A stretch of 64,000 nt of DNA. Origin: Ginglymostoma cirratum (taxonomy: Eukaryota). Both the position numbers and the translations under genes were made by a program. Of the stretch, positions 1 through 14,130 are shown in pieces; within the stretch, counting starts at the first letter, position 1, and each line of letters begins with the position of its first letter. The stretch lies in the NCBI GenBank assembly GCA_024137785.1, contig JAHRHZ010000107.1, positions 124,001 to 188,000 on the forward strand, written 5' to 3'. The notes under the pieces are model-generated. The model did not search any database. It was not told where the DNA came from and was given only the letters and a program-made list of their open reading frames with translations.

Positions 1-331
1 AGGGTGAATCCAATCAGTATTTTTCCCAAAATTGTGAATTCGACGAGAGGGCATCAGTTTAAGGTGAGAGGGGAAAGAATATATGGGAACGTGTGGAGCA
101 AATTTTTTTTCACAGATGGTGGTACGCGTATGGAATGAGCTACCAGTGGAAGTGGTTGAGGCAGGTTCGTTAACAAATAAAAAACTTTTTTGATTAATAC
201 ATGGATCGGAAAAGTTTAGAAGGATATGGGACTAGTGCAGCAAAATAGGCTTAGTGTGAATGGAAATTTTGGTCGGCACGGACCCGTTCGGGCCGAAGGG
301 CCTGTCTGTATGCTGTAGGACTCTATGATTC
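1..331 (+). mobile_element. CR1-type LINE 3' end fragment
   Basis: Typical CR1 3' sequence (tttaaggtgagagggg...ttcacaga...tggaatgagctaccagtggaagtggttgaggcagg) ending in gggccgaagggcctgt...gactctatgattc; boundaries approximate. Confidence 0.75.
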
Positions 332-1789
332 GATGGTGACCTCTGGAGTAACAGGGAGCATCCACTTTTTAGATTTCACGATACACCCATGGTTATAGCT
401 ATCTGCTTCTCCAGTCCATTTTGTCCACAAGAACTTTCCAAAACCAACATGGATGTGACAACAATTGTGCATTCAAATGTAGCTTCAGATTATCTTGTGG
501 CCTAACCACACACGTGAAAAGAGTTTGAATTCAGTTCTATGTAATGCCTTTGGTCTTGGACTGCAGGTTCAATAATGATCATTAATAATTTGGGCCCAGG
601 GGTCTAATATGGAGTGGTAGAGTCGTACAGCACGGAAACTGACCATTCTGTCCATCCAGTCCATTATGACCATGGGCTTATTCAAATGTCTTTTAAACAT
701 GTTAACTGTACCGCATCCATGTCTTCCATTGGAATCTCATTCGACACACGAACCACTTTCTGTGTGAAAAATAAAAGTATTCAAATCTTGAACGTGAGTG
801 GAACTACAGTTCTCTTTTCTCTGCGAGAGGGCTCGGTGTTGTACTGAACAACAATTGAACTCTCATCTTTGCGTACAATGATATATTTGAATCAAAAATC
901 AAATCTAATAATATATATTTCTGACACTTATCACCTTTTAACTCTTCAGTCGACACCTGGGCACATCTGGACATTATTTTCTTGTAAATCCTGACCACAT
1001 TCTCTGTCAATAAGCCTTCAGCAGAAATACAGAGTTTAACATATTTAAATATTCAGGTAGCAACATTTATAACAGACTGCACGCACATAAATGTATATCT
1101 GCTCTCTCTCCCATCAGTTCTTTATGCATAATCTTAGGTCCAGACACATCATGTAGCATGTGTTAGTACACGTAGTCCAGATTTCCGTAATGTCCCCGTG
1201 ACATTCAAATTTACTGTGTTCTCAACATGAAAGGCCAACAAACGTCAATTGACTCTGTTGCCCTATCCTTCAGTATTTAGATCACTTTTGGGTATTATTT
1301 AAAATCTACGCATTACTACGCCCAAAGTCGCATAAATCTCGCTCTCTATCTCTCTTTTTGTCATTCTTTCACGTGCAGGCTCTCTAAATCTCTACACTAA
1401 TTTATTTAACGGACTTATCTCTGTTTCAACTCTCTATATCGTTTGCTTTTTAAATATTTCTGCTGTTATGTTTCCTTCCAGCCTTGCGTGACTATACAAA
1501 TTAGATTCCATTTTCTACCTGAAAGGTAGGAAATTCATTTCATACACAAGAATCTATTGGTACTTATTTGTCAATTTCGATGAATAAGTATTCAACTCTG
1601 CAGCGTTTACACACACACAAACAACAGTTTAAACCTGGAATGTTGATAGTGAGGCATTTAGTGATGGCAATGTCTTTGAATGTCAAGGGGTGATGATGAC
1701 ATTATCTCTTGCTGGAGATGGCCATTGTCGGGCGTTTGTCGGGGGACTGTAACTTGTCGACTGTCAGCCCAAGCCTGGATACCACATTA

Positions 1790-2800
1790 GACTCATCACC
1801 CGCGCTTCTGCACTCAAGGTTTCTCTTCCCTCCTGCAAAAGTGATAGGGTTCCCCTTGTCCCTACCTACCATCCCACCAGCAACTAATATTCAGAAAATC
1901 ATCAGACGCCATTTCCAACACCTCCAGCGAGATGCCACCACCAACAATATATTGCCCTCCCTTCCCTTGTCCGCTTTCCACCGGGACTTCTCCATTCGGG
2001 ACACCCTGGTCCAATCTTCCTTCACTCTCAACTCCCCGCCCCCGCCCCGCACAGCCCCACGGCACCTTTCTCTGCAACCACCGAAGATGTGGCGCCTACC
2101 CATTTACCCCCTCCCTCTCCAATATCCAAGGGCCCAAATATACGACCAGGCAAACAAGCACTTGACGTGTACTTCACAGAATCGAGTCTACTGTATTCAT
2201 TGCTCACAATGTGGTGTCCTCTATATTGGAGAAATGAAGTATAGACTGGGTAACTGCTTCACAGAACATCTATGTTCATCTCGCAAAAAGACCCTGAGCT
2301 TGCAGTTGCCTGGCAATACCACCCTGTCCCCGGCAAATATCTCTGTCTCAGATTTGCTGCAGTGTTCCAGCGAAGCTGGAAAAACAACACATCATTTTCC
2401 ACTTGGGAACCCTGCGGGCCTCTGGACTGAATACTGAGGTTAGTAATTTTAGGGCCTAAACTCTCCCACGTTTTAGCCCCCTACCCCACACTCCAGGCCT
2501 TGTTATCATATCGTCGGCCATTACACAATACCTATTTTAGTCATTAACCGTCCCCATTAACAACTATTATCCCTATCAACTCCTTTGTCCATCCAACTGT
2601 ACTTCTCTCTGTTTTGGCTCTATCCCCGAATAAAGTTTAGTCCTTATTCCTCCTCCTCCCTATCTTCTGCATATAAACCAACATTTGCCTTACGACCATC
2701 AGTTCTGAGGAAGGGTTACCGGACACGAAATTTTATCTCTGATTTTTCTTCACAGGTGCTGCCAGACCTGTTGAGCTTTTCCAGCAACCTCTGTTTTGTC
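1790..2800 (+). mobile_element. Decayed Penelope-like retroelement (GIY-YIG endonuclease region plus 3' pseudo-LTR with hammerhead-like motif)
   Basis: ORF 1709..2437 contains TCTSQNRVYCIHCSQCGVLYIGE..RLGNCFTEH, the GIY-YIG signature of Penelope-like elements; downstream CTGAGGA(2705-2711)...GAAA(2727-2730). Confidence 0.75.
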
Positions 2801-4059
2801 CCAAGATACGATCCAGGTGTTGTTCCATTTTGGATGTGGATTGCTGATGTTGAACATCGTTCATTTTATTACTTTTTCAGAACCTTCCATCTCTGTCAAT
2901 ATGAGAGTTGGGGAATAGCACCCAACGAAACACAGCGGAAGTCAAAAAACGCACTAATCTTTATTTCTCTACTACCTTCATTAAAGACAATTGTTAAGAC
3001 ACTGAGTGTCAACAAACAAATCCAGACCACTCTAACCTCGCATCCCAACCTCCCGCCCGGTCCTCGCCACAACTGCCAAAGGCGGATCATTCTGTCCACC
3101 AACTGCATGCGTGCAATAAGGCCAGCAGGGGGAAGTAAAGTACAACTTGTGCTCACCAGCGAAAAGTTTTCCGTCATTCCAATCGATTAGTACGAGTTGG
3201 GGGAATCGTGTTGGTACCTGATTACAATCTTGGAAAGCAAGTTATGTACCAAAAAGCAAAGTTGCATACGTGGTGTTGGTCGGGGTAAAAGATCACGCTA
3301 TTATTGCCAGAAAAAAATAACATGCCACGTTGTTGCTTCATTTTGAGAATTTCTTTCACATTCTCCGAAAATCTTTTATCGTGGTTTCACCTGATGGTAA
3401 ACTAATGACAGAACTGTAATAGCACGAATTATTCTTAGTACTATCATTTCATTACTGGTGTTGCACTATTTAAGAACAAGCAAAGAAACGGAAAGACTTC
3501 GTGGCGAATTTTCTTTCAGGAAAGATTGGATGTATTTCAAGATTTTAGCTGTGTATACATTGGTATATCATTGGTGAAGTCTTATACCTGACAGCCCTGT
3601 AGTTCTTTTTGCACCAATTGCAATATTAGACGATTAATGTATGAAAAACAGAAGTACCGTTGTGACATTTCCAGAAATAAATAATGTATTGCACAAAGAA
3701 TTAGCTTGATGAATATTTCATCCTCCCGCTGTAGGGCCAAGTCATGTTGCATAAACACGGAGAAGTCAACTGGACAGCAATGATTTAGGAATGGACATGT
3801 TAAAACGTGAGGTGCAGCATGGTAATTTATTGTAGCTTGCCTGCCTCTGTAAAAAAGCGTGTGTCCGACACAAATGTCACACAAAAAGTCAATATGTATG
3901 CAATGTCATGCTCCTCAGATACGATCATCACGACAAGGCTTTGCACAGAATGATGAATACTTTCCCGTTTGTTCTGAGTTTTCAGGAAACCAGCGGGCTG
4001 CGCAGGAAAGCTGCCTGCTACTGATTGGAGCGTTGAATACTTAGATGTTCCTGAATGTT

Positions 4060-4255
4060 TGGAAGTTACTACCACAACCGGGGTTGGAAGCTGACTATTT
4101 GACGATATTTAAAGTAAATATTGATAGGTTTCTGATTGCCAGTGGTGTTAAAAGTTATGGGGATGTGTCGCATTGAGTATTTTATCAGGCACAACTGTAT
4201 TAAATAGCAGAGCAGGTTCGTCGGGCTGAATGACTTATTCTGTTCTTATGCTCCT
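4060..4255 (+). mobile_element. CR1 LINE 3' end fragment
   Basis: Degenerate CR1 3' UTR ending gggctgaatgacttattctgttcttatg. Confidence 0.55.
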
Positions 4256-4389
4256 AAATATTTCTCAATCTATGGATTGGTGGATCTACTTTTGGCTACA
4301 ACCAACTGGCCCATCTTGTTTGCACTTCCTCTGCGCTTTGTCTCCCCAAAGTAGAGGGGATCACATTATGAACAGGTGAACAGTGCACT

Positions 4390-4760
4390 AGATTGAGCGA
4401 AGTGCAAGTAATTCATTACTTCCTCCAGAAAATATATCTGGAATCTTCGATAATGAGGAGGATGGAGATAAATTGGTAAGTGTTGCAACTTCTGAGATTG
4501 CATAGGAAGATGCCATGGGATGTAGGGAGATGTTGGGATTAGAAGAGGAGTGGACCAGGATGTTCAGGAGAGAAAGGTCCCTGCAGAAGGCTGACAAGGG
4601 AAGGGAGAGGAATATGTGCCGGTTGGTAGTGTCCAGCTGGAGTTCATGGAAACGATGGGTTATGATCCCTCCAATGCGGATGCTGCTGGGTGGAGAGTGA
4701 GGACCAGTGAGACCTCATCGGTATTGTGTATTCTGAGAGCCGAAGTGTGGAAAATTGGGT
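4390..4760 (-). mobile_element. Penelope-like fragment
   Basis: Minus-strand translation SAFCRDLSLLNILVHSS is homologous to SAFHRDFSIRDTLVQSS in the 1709..2437 Penelope ORF. Confidence 0.6.
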
Positions 4761-5348
4761 CGACTATTAATACCTGCTCTGTATCAATATTTTGTCCCTT
4801 GTCTGCAATCATTATCATTCACTTTACCTTTCATTCTTTGTCACTATTGATCTGTAATCTGCTTCACACAATAACCATTCCTTGGCTTTCCGTTTTGTTC
4901 CGCTTGACCTTCACTGTTTCAGCATACATGCCATCATATTTTCACGTTCTTCTGGAAATATTCACTTCATTTCTGTCTCCCACAGTTACTAACAGACTTG
5001 TTGGGCTTCGCCAGCACGTTCTGAGCTTCTTTTTTTAGTTAACTACGGATCATTGTTTTCTGTTCTTTTAGTCAATTGTGTGGAAATGCTGGCACTGTCC
5101 TTTTTTAATAAAATTCAGACCTAAATTGATTGTCGGTGCAGTTTTTCACACATTCTGGGTGATCCAGAAAATGCTGGCAAATTGCAGAAAGACATCTGAT
5201 TTCGGGAAAAAAGAAATAATTTCAAGTTTCATAAGCACGGCTGGCTGTGTACAGTACAATGCTTATTCTAAACAACCGAAGGGAAATCTGGGAGTATGTA
5301 GAATTATGTTGACAATCAATTTAGGATTAGTTGGGCTTGCTGTCATGG

Positions 5349-5703
5349 AGGAGGCGATGGCTTAGTGGTATTATCGCTGGACTGTTAATCCAGAAAACTA
5401 GATAACGTTCTGGTGACCTGGGTTAGTCATCAAAACACGGCAGATGGTGATTCTGATGATGATTCAATAAATATCTCGAATTAAAAGTCTAATGATGACC
5501 GTGAATCCATTGTCGATTGTTGGAAAAACCCATCTGGTCCACTACTGTCCCTTTGGGAAGGAAACTGCCATCGTGACCTGGTCTGGACTCGAGACTCCAC
5601 AGCAATGTTGTTTACTCTGAACAGCCTTCTGGGCAATTAGGGATGGGCAATAAACGCTGATTAGCCACTGAAGCCCTCATCCTGTGAATGAATTTTTGAA
5701 AAA
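5349..5703 (+). mobile_element. tRNA-headed DeuSINE (SacSINE1-like)
   Basis: A-box-like tggcttagtgg head, Deu-like central domain (aaaaacccatctggtccactactgtccctttgggaaggaaactgcc), LINE-derived tail gggcaattagggatgggcaataaa...gaatgaat; family name recalled from consensus sequences. Confidence 0.65.
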
Positions 5704-6214
5704 CAGTCAGCAGCATCATGAGGATGACCTCCAAACCATCACGGTTGATAAACAGGAGCTGCGTGTCACAGTTGTGGTTACGCACCTGGTGGAAATCCCC
5801 TGATTATTTAAGTGTGTTTGGGTGTGAGGGAGAGTGTTCAGGATTCAGTAAAGACACAATGTGCAAGATAATTCTATTAAACATTTCCAAGGAAAAACAC
5901 CCCTGTGAATGAACAGCTCATGAACCAGCAAAGCTCGAAACAAGCAACACTTACATGGGAAAAGTGAAGAGGACTGAAGAGGTCAAATCAAAAAAAGATT
6001 TGGAGCGGGAAAAAAATGCAATGCACTCCCTCCTGTGCCAAACTCAACAGGGGTTTCATAAATTTTCAACTCAATCAGAACTACAAATTAAATAGGAAAT
6101 TAATGCTTGTCTTGCCAATGCTGCCTTTATCCCGTGAATAACTAACAAAAAAGCCATGATCATGCTTCCTGTGAAGAGGTGCAATAAAGATCAAAGTGCC
6201 ATTTTCCTTAATTA

Positions 6215-6470
6215 TTTGCTATTCATCTGTGGGATGTCGGCATCACTGGCTGTACACTATTTCTTGCTCATGCCTAGTTGCCCTTGAGAAGTTGGTGATG
6301 AACTGCCTTCTTGAACTGCTGGAGCCCTCTTGCTGTGGGCTGACCCACAGCGATATCAGGGAGGGAATTCAGAAGTTTTACACAGCGACAGTGAAGGAAC
6401 GCTGATATACTTCCATGTCTGGATGGTGAGTGACTTGGAGGGGAACTTGGAGGTGGTAGTGTTCCCATAT
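6215..6470 (-). mobile_element. LINE 3' end sharing its tail with the DeuSINE
   Basis: Reverse complement reads cagcagttcaagaaggcagttcatcaccaacttctcaagggcaactagg, the same tail family as 5349..5703. Confidence 0.5.
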
Positions 6471-8079
6471 GTCTTACAGGGTGCAGAGAGATCCGTGAGA
6501 AGTCGAAATGAGGGATGAGCTGTTCTATTTTCCGAAGTACAATAAAGACAATTAATGTTTTCATTTAGGTTTGCAAACTGGTGCTCAACAATTGAATGTA
6601 TTAATTCATTGTCTTCCCCGGTGAGAGACGAAGGCTGGGCTTTTGAATATTTATTAAATTAAACAGGAAATCAAGTGTTTTGGAGGGCAGTCGGAAATAT
6701 GGATTTAAGTTGGAATCAGATGAGCCATGATCTTTTCATGTGGCAGAACAGATTCAAGGGGCCAAATGGCCATCTCTGCATCCATTTCTTACAAACTTAC
6801 TTATGTTTGCACAAAGTCATTGAGTTTTATCGTGAGGTTAACGGCAGGGCGGCTGAATGAATTGCTATTAATGATGTGCACAATGGCAAAAAAGCAGGAA
6901 TCACTGACCAGGCTTCGCCACACAACTGAAGCCCTGGAAATACAATCGGCAGCAAGGAATGGTAATGATATTCCCTAAACTCACAGGAAACAGAAAGTTG
7001 TGTTCACTGATATTTTTCATAAGAGAGGGTTCTATGGAGAATTTTGTTTTGCATTTCCAGTGTGACTGCTGAATTTGATACGGATGCACTTATCTGGTTG
7101 TAACACGAGGCGGAGCAGTTCATACACATGCCCTGTTTCAGTCTCATTTTCGAGCTGCCAGCTGGCAGGAATAAAACGAACATTTTTTTACCTTCATTTG
7201 TTCCAGGAATGTGGGAGTCACTACCTAGTCAAACATTTTATTATGAATCCTGAATTAAGCTGCATTTTTTGCACCATTGCAGTTTCAGGACATGTACAGA
7301 CACGCAGCGTGCTGTTGGGAAGGTCGGTCAAGGACTTTAAGCTAAAAGAATGAACAACACTGAAGGAGCGACGATATGTGTCTAAATCAGGATGGTGAGA
7401 GGCTTGTGGGGAATTTGAAGACGGGGCATTCACATATAACTGCTGCCCCAATCCTCGACAGTAGAGATTACAAGTTTGAACTGGATACCACAACGTTCAA
7501 TTCACTTATTTGTACATATGTATAATCCTTAGTCAACTCACATAATTCTGATCTTTTAACTCGACCCTTTGGAAAGCATACTTCTACTAATTTAGCTCAA
7601 GGTTAAGATAAGCACTTTGAATAAATTATCTATAAAAATCATTACCGATTGTGGGACAGTACGAAATAAGATGATGCTTTGAAGCAAGCAAAGATAATGC
7701 AAGTTTTAATCCGAGTGCCATTTCTTTGAGTTATGGTTATGTTTTGACATGTTCTGACACCAATGGGCAGGCGGACTTGACCATGGATCTCCTGGCTGAA
7801 AGGTAAAGATAAAGGCATTGCCACTGCTCCACAAGAGCCCCTGCGACTACACTAGGCATGATAAATGACTATAACCCTACAGGACTGCTGGGTCATTAGA
7901 GAGCGATGACAGGTTGTGGTTTGACCTGAGTGTCATCACACTTTAGGCGAGAGGAAAAGTTGAGAAGGGAAGTATTCATGGTGGCCTCATCTTGTGTAGG
8001 AATAGTACTTTGAGTATGTGGCTCAGTTCTCTTAAACAACTGAATCAATCACATTCCCAAAACTGTAAGGCCAAAAGTG

Positions 8080-8890
8080 CAGTAGATCGTTGGGAATTGC
8101 ACAACATTTAGCACACTCGTGAGTTTCCAGCTACTCAGCCAAACTGTGCACATATGCACAGGACCTGGACAGAATTTAGGCTTGAGTTGATAAATGGCAC
8201 TTAACATTCACACCACGTAAGTATCAAGCAATGTTGTTCTCCAACAAAAAGGAAAGACACCATCTCCACATGACATCGCCCACCTCACACCCATGAACAT
8301 TGATGCCAGGTGTTTATCACTGACCAGAAACTGAAATGGACCAGCTATAGAAATATCTTGGACTCACGAAGAGATACGATGTTGGGATTTCTGCTTTGAG
8401 TAATTCGTCATGTGTCTTCCCAAAGCTTACCACCACCTACGAAGCGCAAGTCACCAGTGAGATGGACTAACCTCCAAATAATTGGATGGGTGTCGCACCA
8501 TCAACATGGAAAAGGCTCGACACCATCCAGCACTAAGTACAACACTTGATCAACACTCCATTCCCAACTTTAAGTGTTCGTTCTCTTTAACATTAGCACT
8601 TAATGATACAGCAGTGTTCCACCTATTTGGTATGCTTCAGTCACTCCGTCGTGCTACGGTCACTGCACCTTCCAGAGCCGCGACTCTACTCCCTAAAAAT
8701 CCAGAGGAGGAGACTTACGTTTGCGTTTCCATGTGAATTTAATCAGCGATTTCACTTCCAAGTGCATCACATCCTGAATTGGAACAATAGGGTCTATTCC
8801 GTTACTGTTGCTTGTTTAAAATTTCTGGACTTCCCTTCCTGAGAGCACTTTGGTGTGTACTGCAAATCAAGGACTGCAGCTGCTCCAGAA
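8080..8890 (+). mobile_element. Decayed LINE 3' portion, interrupted by the CR1 at about 8900
   Basis: Degenerate RT C-terminal sequence and tail (ggactgcagc...) of the same family as 6215..6470; appears to resume at about 9590. Confidence 0.45.
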
Positions 8891-8899
8891 ATTAAAAAA

Positions 8900-9587
8900 A
8901 AAACTGGAAAGACACAAGAAAGTTCAGAGGGAAAGAGGAATCTTGGGATTATTGTCCACAAATCCCAGAGGCAGCAGTATGTTCCAATAAGTTAGCTAAG
9001 CAGGCATTCGAGATACTTGCTTTTATCAGTTGCGGCATACAGTGTTAAAACAGGGAGGTAATATTGAAGCTGTGGAGGACTTCACTGACTGTACAGCGCA
9101 GTTACTGTGTGCAGTTCTGGTCACGGCACTATAGGCAGAACATGGCTGCACTGGAGGCGTTTCAGAAATTCACCAAGATGTTGCCTGGTTTGGGCCATTT
9201 AGCATGGAAGAGAGTGTGGATAGGCTCGGGTTGTTTTATTTAGAGCAGAAAAGCCCGCAAGGGGACATCGCTGAGTTGTTAAGATTATGAGGGACATGGA
9301 CACGGTGAATTGGAAGGAAAAGTTCTGATCGTTTGAAACGGCAATTATGTTGGGGGTATAATTTAAAAGTGAGGGACAGAATGTTAAAACGGGATTTGAG
9401 TGAAACATTTTTCAGCCAGACAACATAGAGGCTTCAAAGCATTGCCTGAGATTGTATCAGAGGTGGGAAACCTGATAACCTTTAACGGTTCATGGTTAAG
9501 CACTTGAAATATCATGACATTTGGCGCAGACTTGATAGATGAAGATCCTCTTATGTGTCATATGACTCAGTGACTGTCTGACTCTAA
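8900..9587 (+). mobile_element. CR1 LINE 3' fragment
   Basis: tactgtgtgcagttctggtcac (YCVQFWS motif), ttcaccaagatgttgcctgg, tail tatgactcagtgactgtctgactcta. Confidence 0.7.
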
Positions 9588-11482
9588 GTTCCCTCGACGA
9601 CTTCAACTGGAAATCAGCGGTAAACGCTGTCCCTGACCAGGACTCCAAAATCCTATGAAAGAATGTCAATAAAATTCATGGATCTCCCTCCCTAACAACA
9701 TTGTGGGTCTGTCCACGGCACATGACAGCAGCATTTCAAGAAGGCAACCCAGAACTTCCTTCTGACGTGCACTTGTAGAAGGATAACAGACGCTGACTTT
9801 TGCAATTACACCACAGTCTAATTATGATAAAGAAGGCCTTTTTTTTAATCAACGAATGATTTATCTAAGACGGAAAGAAGTTCAAGAACTTTTCATTGAG
9901 AAGCAATGTTCGGGCTTTTGGATTGTGAAAAGCGAGGATGTTAAAGAGCATGAAGAATCAAAGGAAACCAAGGGATTATTTCAATGCAGCTGGGCAGTGA
10001 AAGAGAGTATCATAAATGGATGTTCCTTTCAGGCTGTTGAAAGAGATTCTTTGCTGTAGACTGGTTTGTTTAACTTGACCGTGCTTTTTGGATTTCGGCA
10101 ACAAATGTACACTAATGTTCTAACAAGCAAATAAACCACTTTGCATTTCCACACTCTTGCAACACTCGAATGTCATCTCGGAGCACTAAGCACAATTATT
10201 ACAATGCAGCCACAAGCGAGTGATTAGAATAACTTCCTCAATTATGCTTTGATTGAAGAAGTTATTACTAATAAATTGCTAACGTCGTTGCTGAGGAGCA
10301 GGCAATAATCTGACATTTATCAGCAGAACATAAGAATATTGGTTCGATTTCCCGAAGAGCTTCTTCCTCTTACTTACGTCCAGGCAAACACAAAACAAAC
10401 AGTACTTTGCCGCATGTTTTCACTGGTTTCCATGACTTTCACGCCCGCTCCCCACACCCGCCACTCCCCACACCGCCCACTGTAACAAATTGAAGCACAA
10501 GGGCCATAAATCTACTTATATATCATACCTGAGGGTCGAAATCTCTTCCATATTGGTAATAAACGAATAGCTCAATGGACAACTATTTGGAATCCGGAAT
10601 TCTCAACATTCTTCGCGTCAACATATCTAGACTGAATTATTTGCTTCCAAGCTTGAACCTTCTTGCCAACAAAACAAGCGAATTAGTAATAATCCAATGG
10701 CACAATTTCACAACATGGCCAGTGTCATAACTGGTGAAGTGTTCCATTTCTCGCCTTTAATTCAAAGAGATGACTAGAAAGTGGAACAACTTGTAAACCT
10801 AACTATTGTAACATGACTCCATGAGAAGAAGGGACACATCAATATTGGAGTGTGGCAGGTGTTTGGTTATCTCGGTTGGCTGAAACTCAGGTTTCTGATA
10901 CAGACTGAACAGTGTGGGTTCAATTCCCTTGTTAACTTTGCATTTACAGTCAGGGAGTATTCAGTGAAGAAGTTAGAGGTCTTAAGTTAAAGTAAAAATG
11001 ACTGAAAGGAAAGACATTTGAGATAGAGAAGTTGCACAACCAAGACAGGATGTATTCTATTCGAGACCAAGAAAAGTGAGGGTGGGTTTTATGGAATTTT
11101 GGACACAGTGATCCAAGTCTGATCTGTTGAGAGAGTTCATGACAGGAATGGAGGATCGTAAATATGAAACCCTTACTTCAGAACGAGGATGGGGGTGCAG
11201 CAACCAACACCTGCCAGTAATATCAATTGGAACTGCGGTCACAGGAAAAGTTAATAACATTTAGACAAATATGGCTTTACAACCAGACCTTGTTGGTGAC
11301 TTCGTAATGGCTGGGACTCAGAATCTACAAAGTTATTCGACATCGTGTAAGGGATGGAAGCCAGAAAACTGGAATGGGATAGACCATTAACAGTAAATCA
11401 CATTTTTGTGTAACAAAACACGCTTTTTATATATACAAGGGTTTTTTATCCTATTTAGAACATGCAAGGCAACAATCATTTA

Positions 11483-13530
11483 GACTCATACAGTCATAGA
11501 GTCATAGATCACGGACAGACCCTGAGACCCAACTGGTCCAAGACAACCATGTTTTCCAAACTGAAATAATCTCATTTGCCTCTTCACCATCCAAGTACCT
11601 GTCAAAATATCATTTTAATTTTTGTATTGTACTCGCCTCCAACACTTCCTCTGGCAGCTGATTCCATATACACACCACCTTTCTTTGTGAAAATGTTGCC
11701 CCTCAAAACACTGTTAAATTCTTCCCGGATCACCTGAAACGTCTGCCTTCTGGTTTTGGTTTGAGAAACGTCCTTAGCTCTTCATACTTTCAATGCTCCT
11801 CATCATTTTATAAACCTTTATAAGGTCACGTTTCAGCCTCCTCCACTCCAGGGGAGAAAAATCCCAGCTGATCCAGACTCTCCATAAAACTCAAAACCTC
11901 CAGTCTCGGTTGCCTTTTTCTAAATCTTTCTTTTGGACCCTTTCCAGATTAATAACATACTTCCAATAACAGGACGAACAGATTTGTACGCAATACTCCA
12001 AATGTGGCATTGCCAATGTCTTGCACACTCGTAACATGTCGTCCCAAACTCTTATACTTCTATACTGTGACGAATGGAATGAAGGTCCTTTTGCCAAACG
12101 CCTTCTTCACCATCTTGTCTCTCCGTCACTTCACTTGCAAGTAACAATCTATCTGCTTCCCTGGTTCTCTTTGTCCAACAACTCTCCCAAAATTCCTACC
12201 ATTAACTCAATAAGTTCTGCAATCGTTTGTCATGCCAAAATGCAATGCCTCACATTTGCCTCACAACCCTCTCACATCAAACTCTATCTCCTACCTTCAA
12301 GCCAAATTTGTATCTGATTGGCTAGCTCTCCCTGCATCCCATGTGATCTAACCATATTATCCAGTCTACTATGCAGAACCTTGTAAAAGGCCTTTTATCC
12401 ACGCTGACAACGTCTCCTGTTCTGTCTTCATCTATCTTCTTGGTCACCTCTTCAAAGATGGCAATCAAATTAGTGACTCAAAATTTCCGACGCTCAAAGC
12501 CATGCCGAGTTTCCATAATCAATCCTTGCCTTTCCAAAGGCATGCAGGTCATGTCTCTCAAAACCCCCTCTGACAACTTACCCGCCACTGACGCCAGGCT
12601 CCCTGATTTTTAATTTCCTAGCTTTTCCTTGCAGCCTTTCTGAAATAATGGCCCAACATTAGCAACCCTCCAGTTCTAGCACCTCACCTGTAGTTGTCGA
12701 TGCAACAAATATCTCTGCCAGGGGCCCAACAGTTTCTTCTCTCGATTCCCACAATGTACTGGTGTACATCTGATCAGGTCCCAGGCATTTATCTAACTTT
12801 GTACGTTTTAAGGCCTTCAGCACCTCCTCTTCCATGATGTGGGCCCTTTTCAAGACATCACTAATGATTTTGCCAAATTCCCTCGCTTTCCTGTCTCCAT
12901 GTCTTTCTGATACGAAATATTTGGTTAGGATCACACCCATCTCCAATGGTTCCACACGTAGATGGGGCACTTTCTTTAGGGGTCCTCTTTTCTCCCTAAT
13001 TACTCTTTTGAACTCAATAGAATTATAAAATCTCTTTGGATTTTGCTTAATATTAACTGCCCTCCTGATTTCCCTCTTAAGGATGCTCCCACGCCCACTG
13101 TACTCTCAAGGGGTTTACTTGATCCCAGCTGTCTATATTTCTCTTTCTTTTTCTCGACCAGAGCCACAATAGCTCCAGTTATTCAGTATTCCCGAATCCT
13201 GCCACCTTTGCACTTCACACGAACAGGAATATGTTGTCCCTGAACTCTCATTATGTCACGTTTGAAAACCTTCCATTTGACAGACGCCCCTTTATCTGCG
13301 AACTGCCTCACCAAATTAACTTTTGAAAGTTATATGCCTCATACCATCAAAATTGGCCTTGCCCTGATGTCGAAGTTAAACTTGTGGATCAGGTCTACCT
13401 TTTCCATAACTACCTTACGACAAACAGAATTATTATCAACTGGTCCAAAAGTGCTCCTCCACTCACAGCTCAGTCACTTGCCCTGCCTTATTTCCCAAAG
13501 GGAGGTTGAATTTTTCCCCTTGTCTGGTAC
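11483..13530 (-). mobile_element. CR1 LINE, 5'-truncated and internally deleted
   Basis: Minus-strand ORFs with PHLEYCVQ (11891..12097) and EVLKALKRTKLDKCLGPDQMY (12659..12970); tail (agtcata)n at about 11485-11507. Confidence 0.75.
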
Positions 13531-14130
13531 TTCTACATACGCATTGATTGAGAGAAGATTTTTGCTTGGAAAGTAAGTATTGCTGCGCCCATACCAGTTA
13601 CATGAGAGGATAAACAGCAATCCATATGAATCACCCCATTGACACATTTGTGGTTGCACAGAATCACAGAACTATACAGTGCAGCGATAGACTCATCAGC
13701 CAATTGTGCACGCTTGCTGGCTACCTGAAAGAGACATTCAAGTAGTAGCCCTTTAGAATGCTTTCACTGTCATTGTTTTATTGGTAATCTGCCAATCCCA
13801 GTGCATTTTAAAAGTCATGAATGCATCTGTTTCCAACATTTTTAGGATAACATCTGCCACGCCTAAACAACTTGCTGTGTCAAACCAAACCTTGTCGCAT
13901 TTTTGTTGGCTAAAGTTTCAAGGTAATTGTCTTAAATTCATGCTTAGGTATTGGTAGAGTTTTCAGAGGAACTGCTTTATTCTTATAATCAATCTATAGT
14001 TTTGAACTTGTCAGTTCAAAATCCCCTGCAACTAGTTTTCTCAAGACAATGGAAAGTGGAGTCGCTGGTAGATCGGATAGTGAGGAAGGTATGCTTGCAT
14101 TTATTGGCCAGGGCATTGGATGTCGGAGTC

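Noticed and set aside
2585-3190. 201-aa ORF
   Set aside because: Non-ATG start, runs through the Penelope pseudo-LTR into unique DNA, no recognisable domain.
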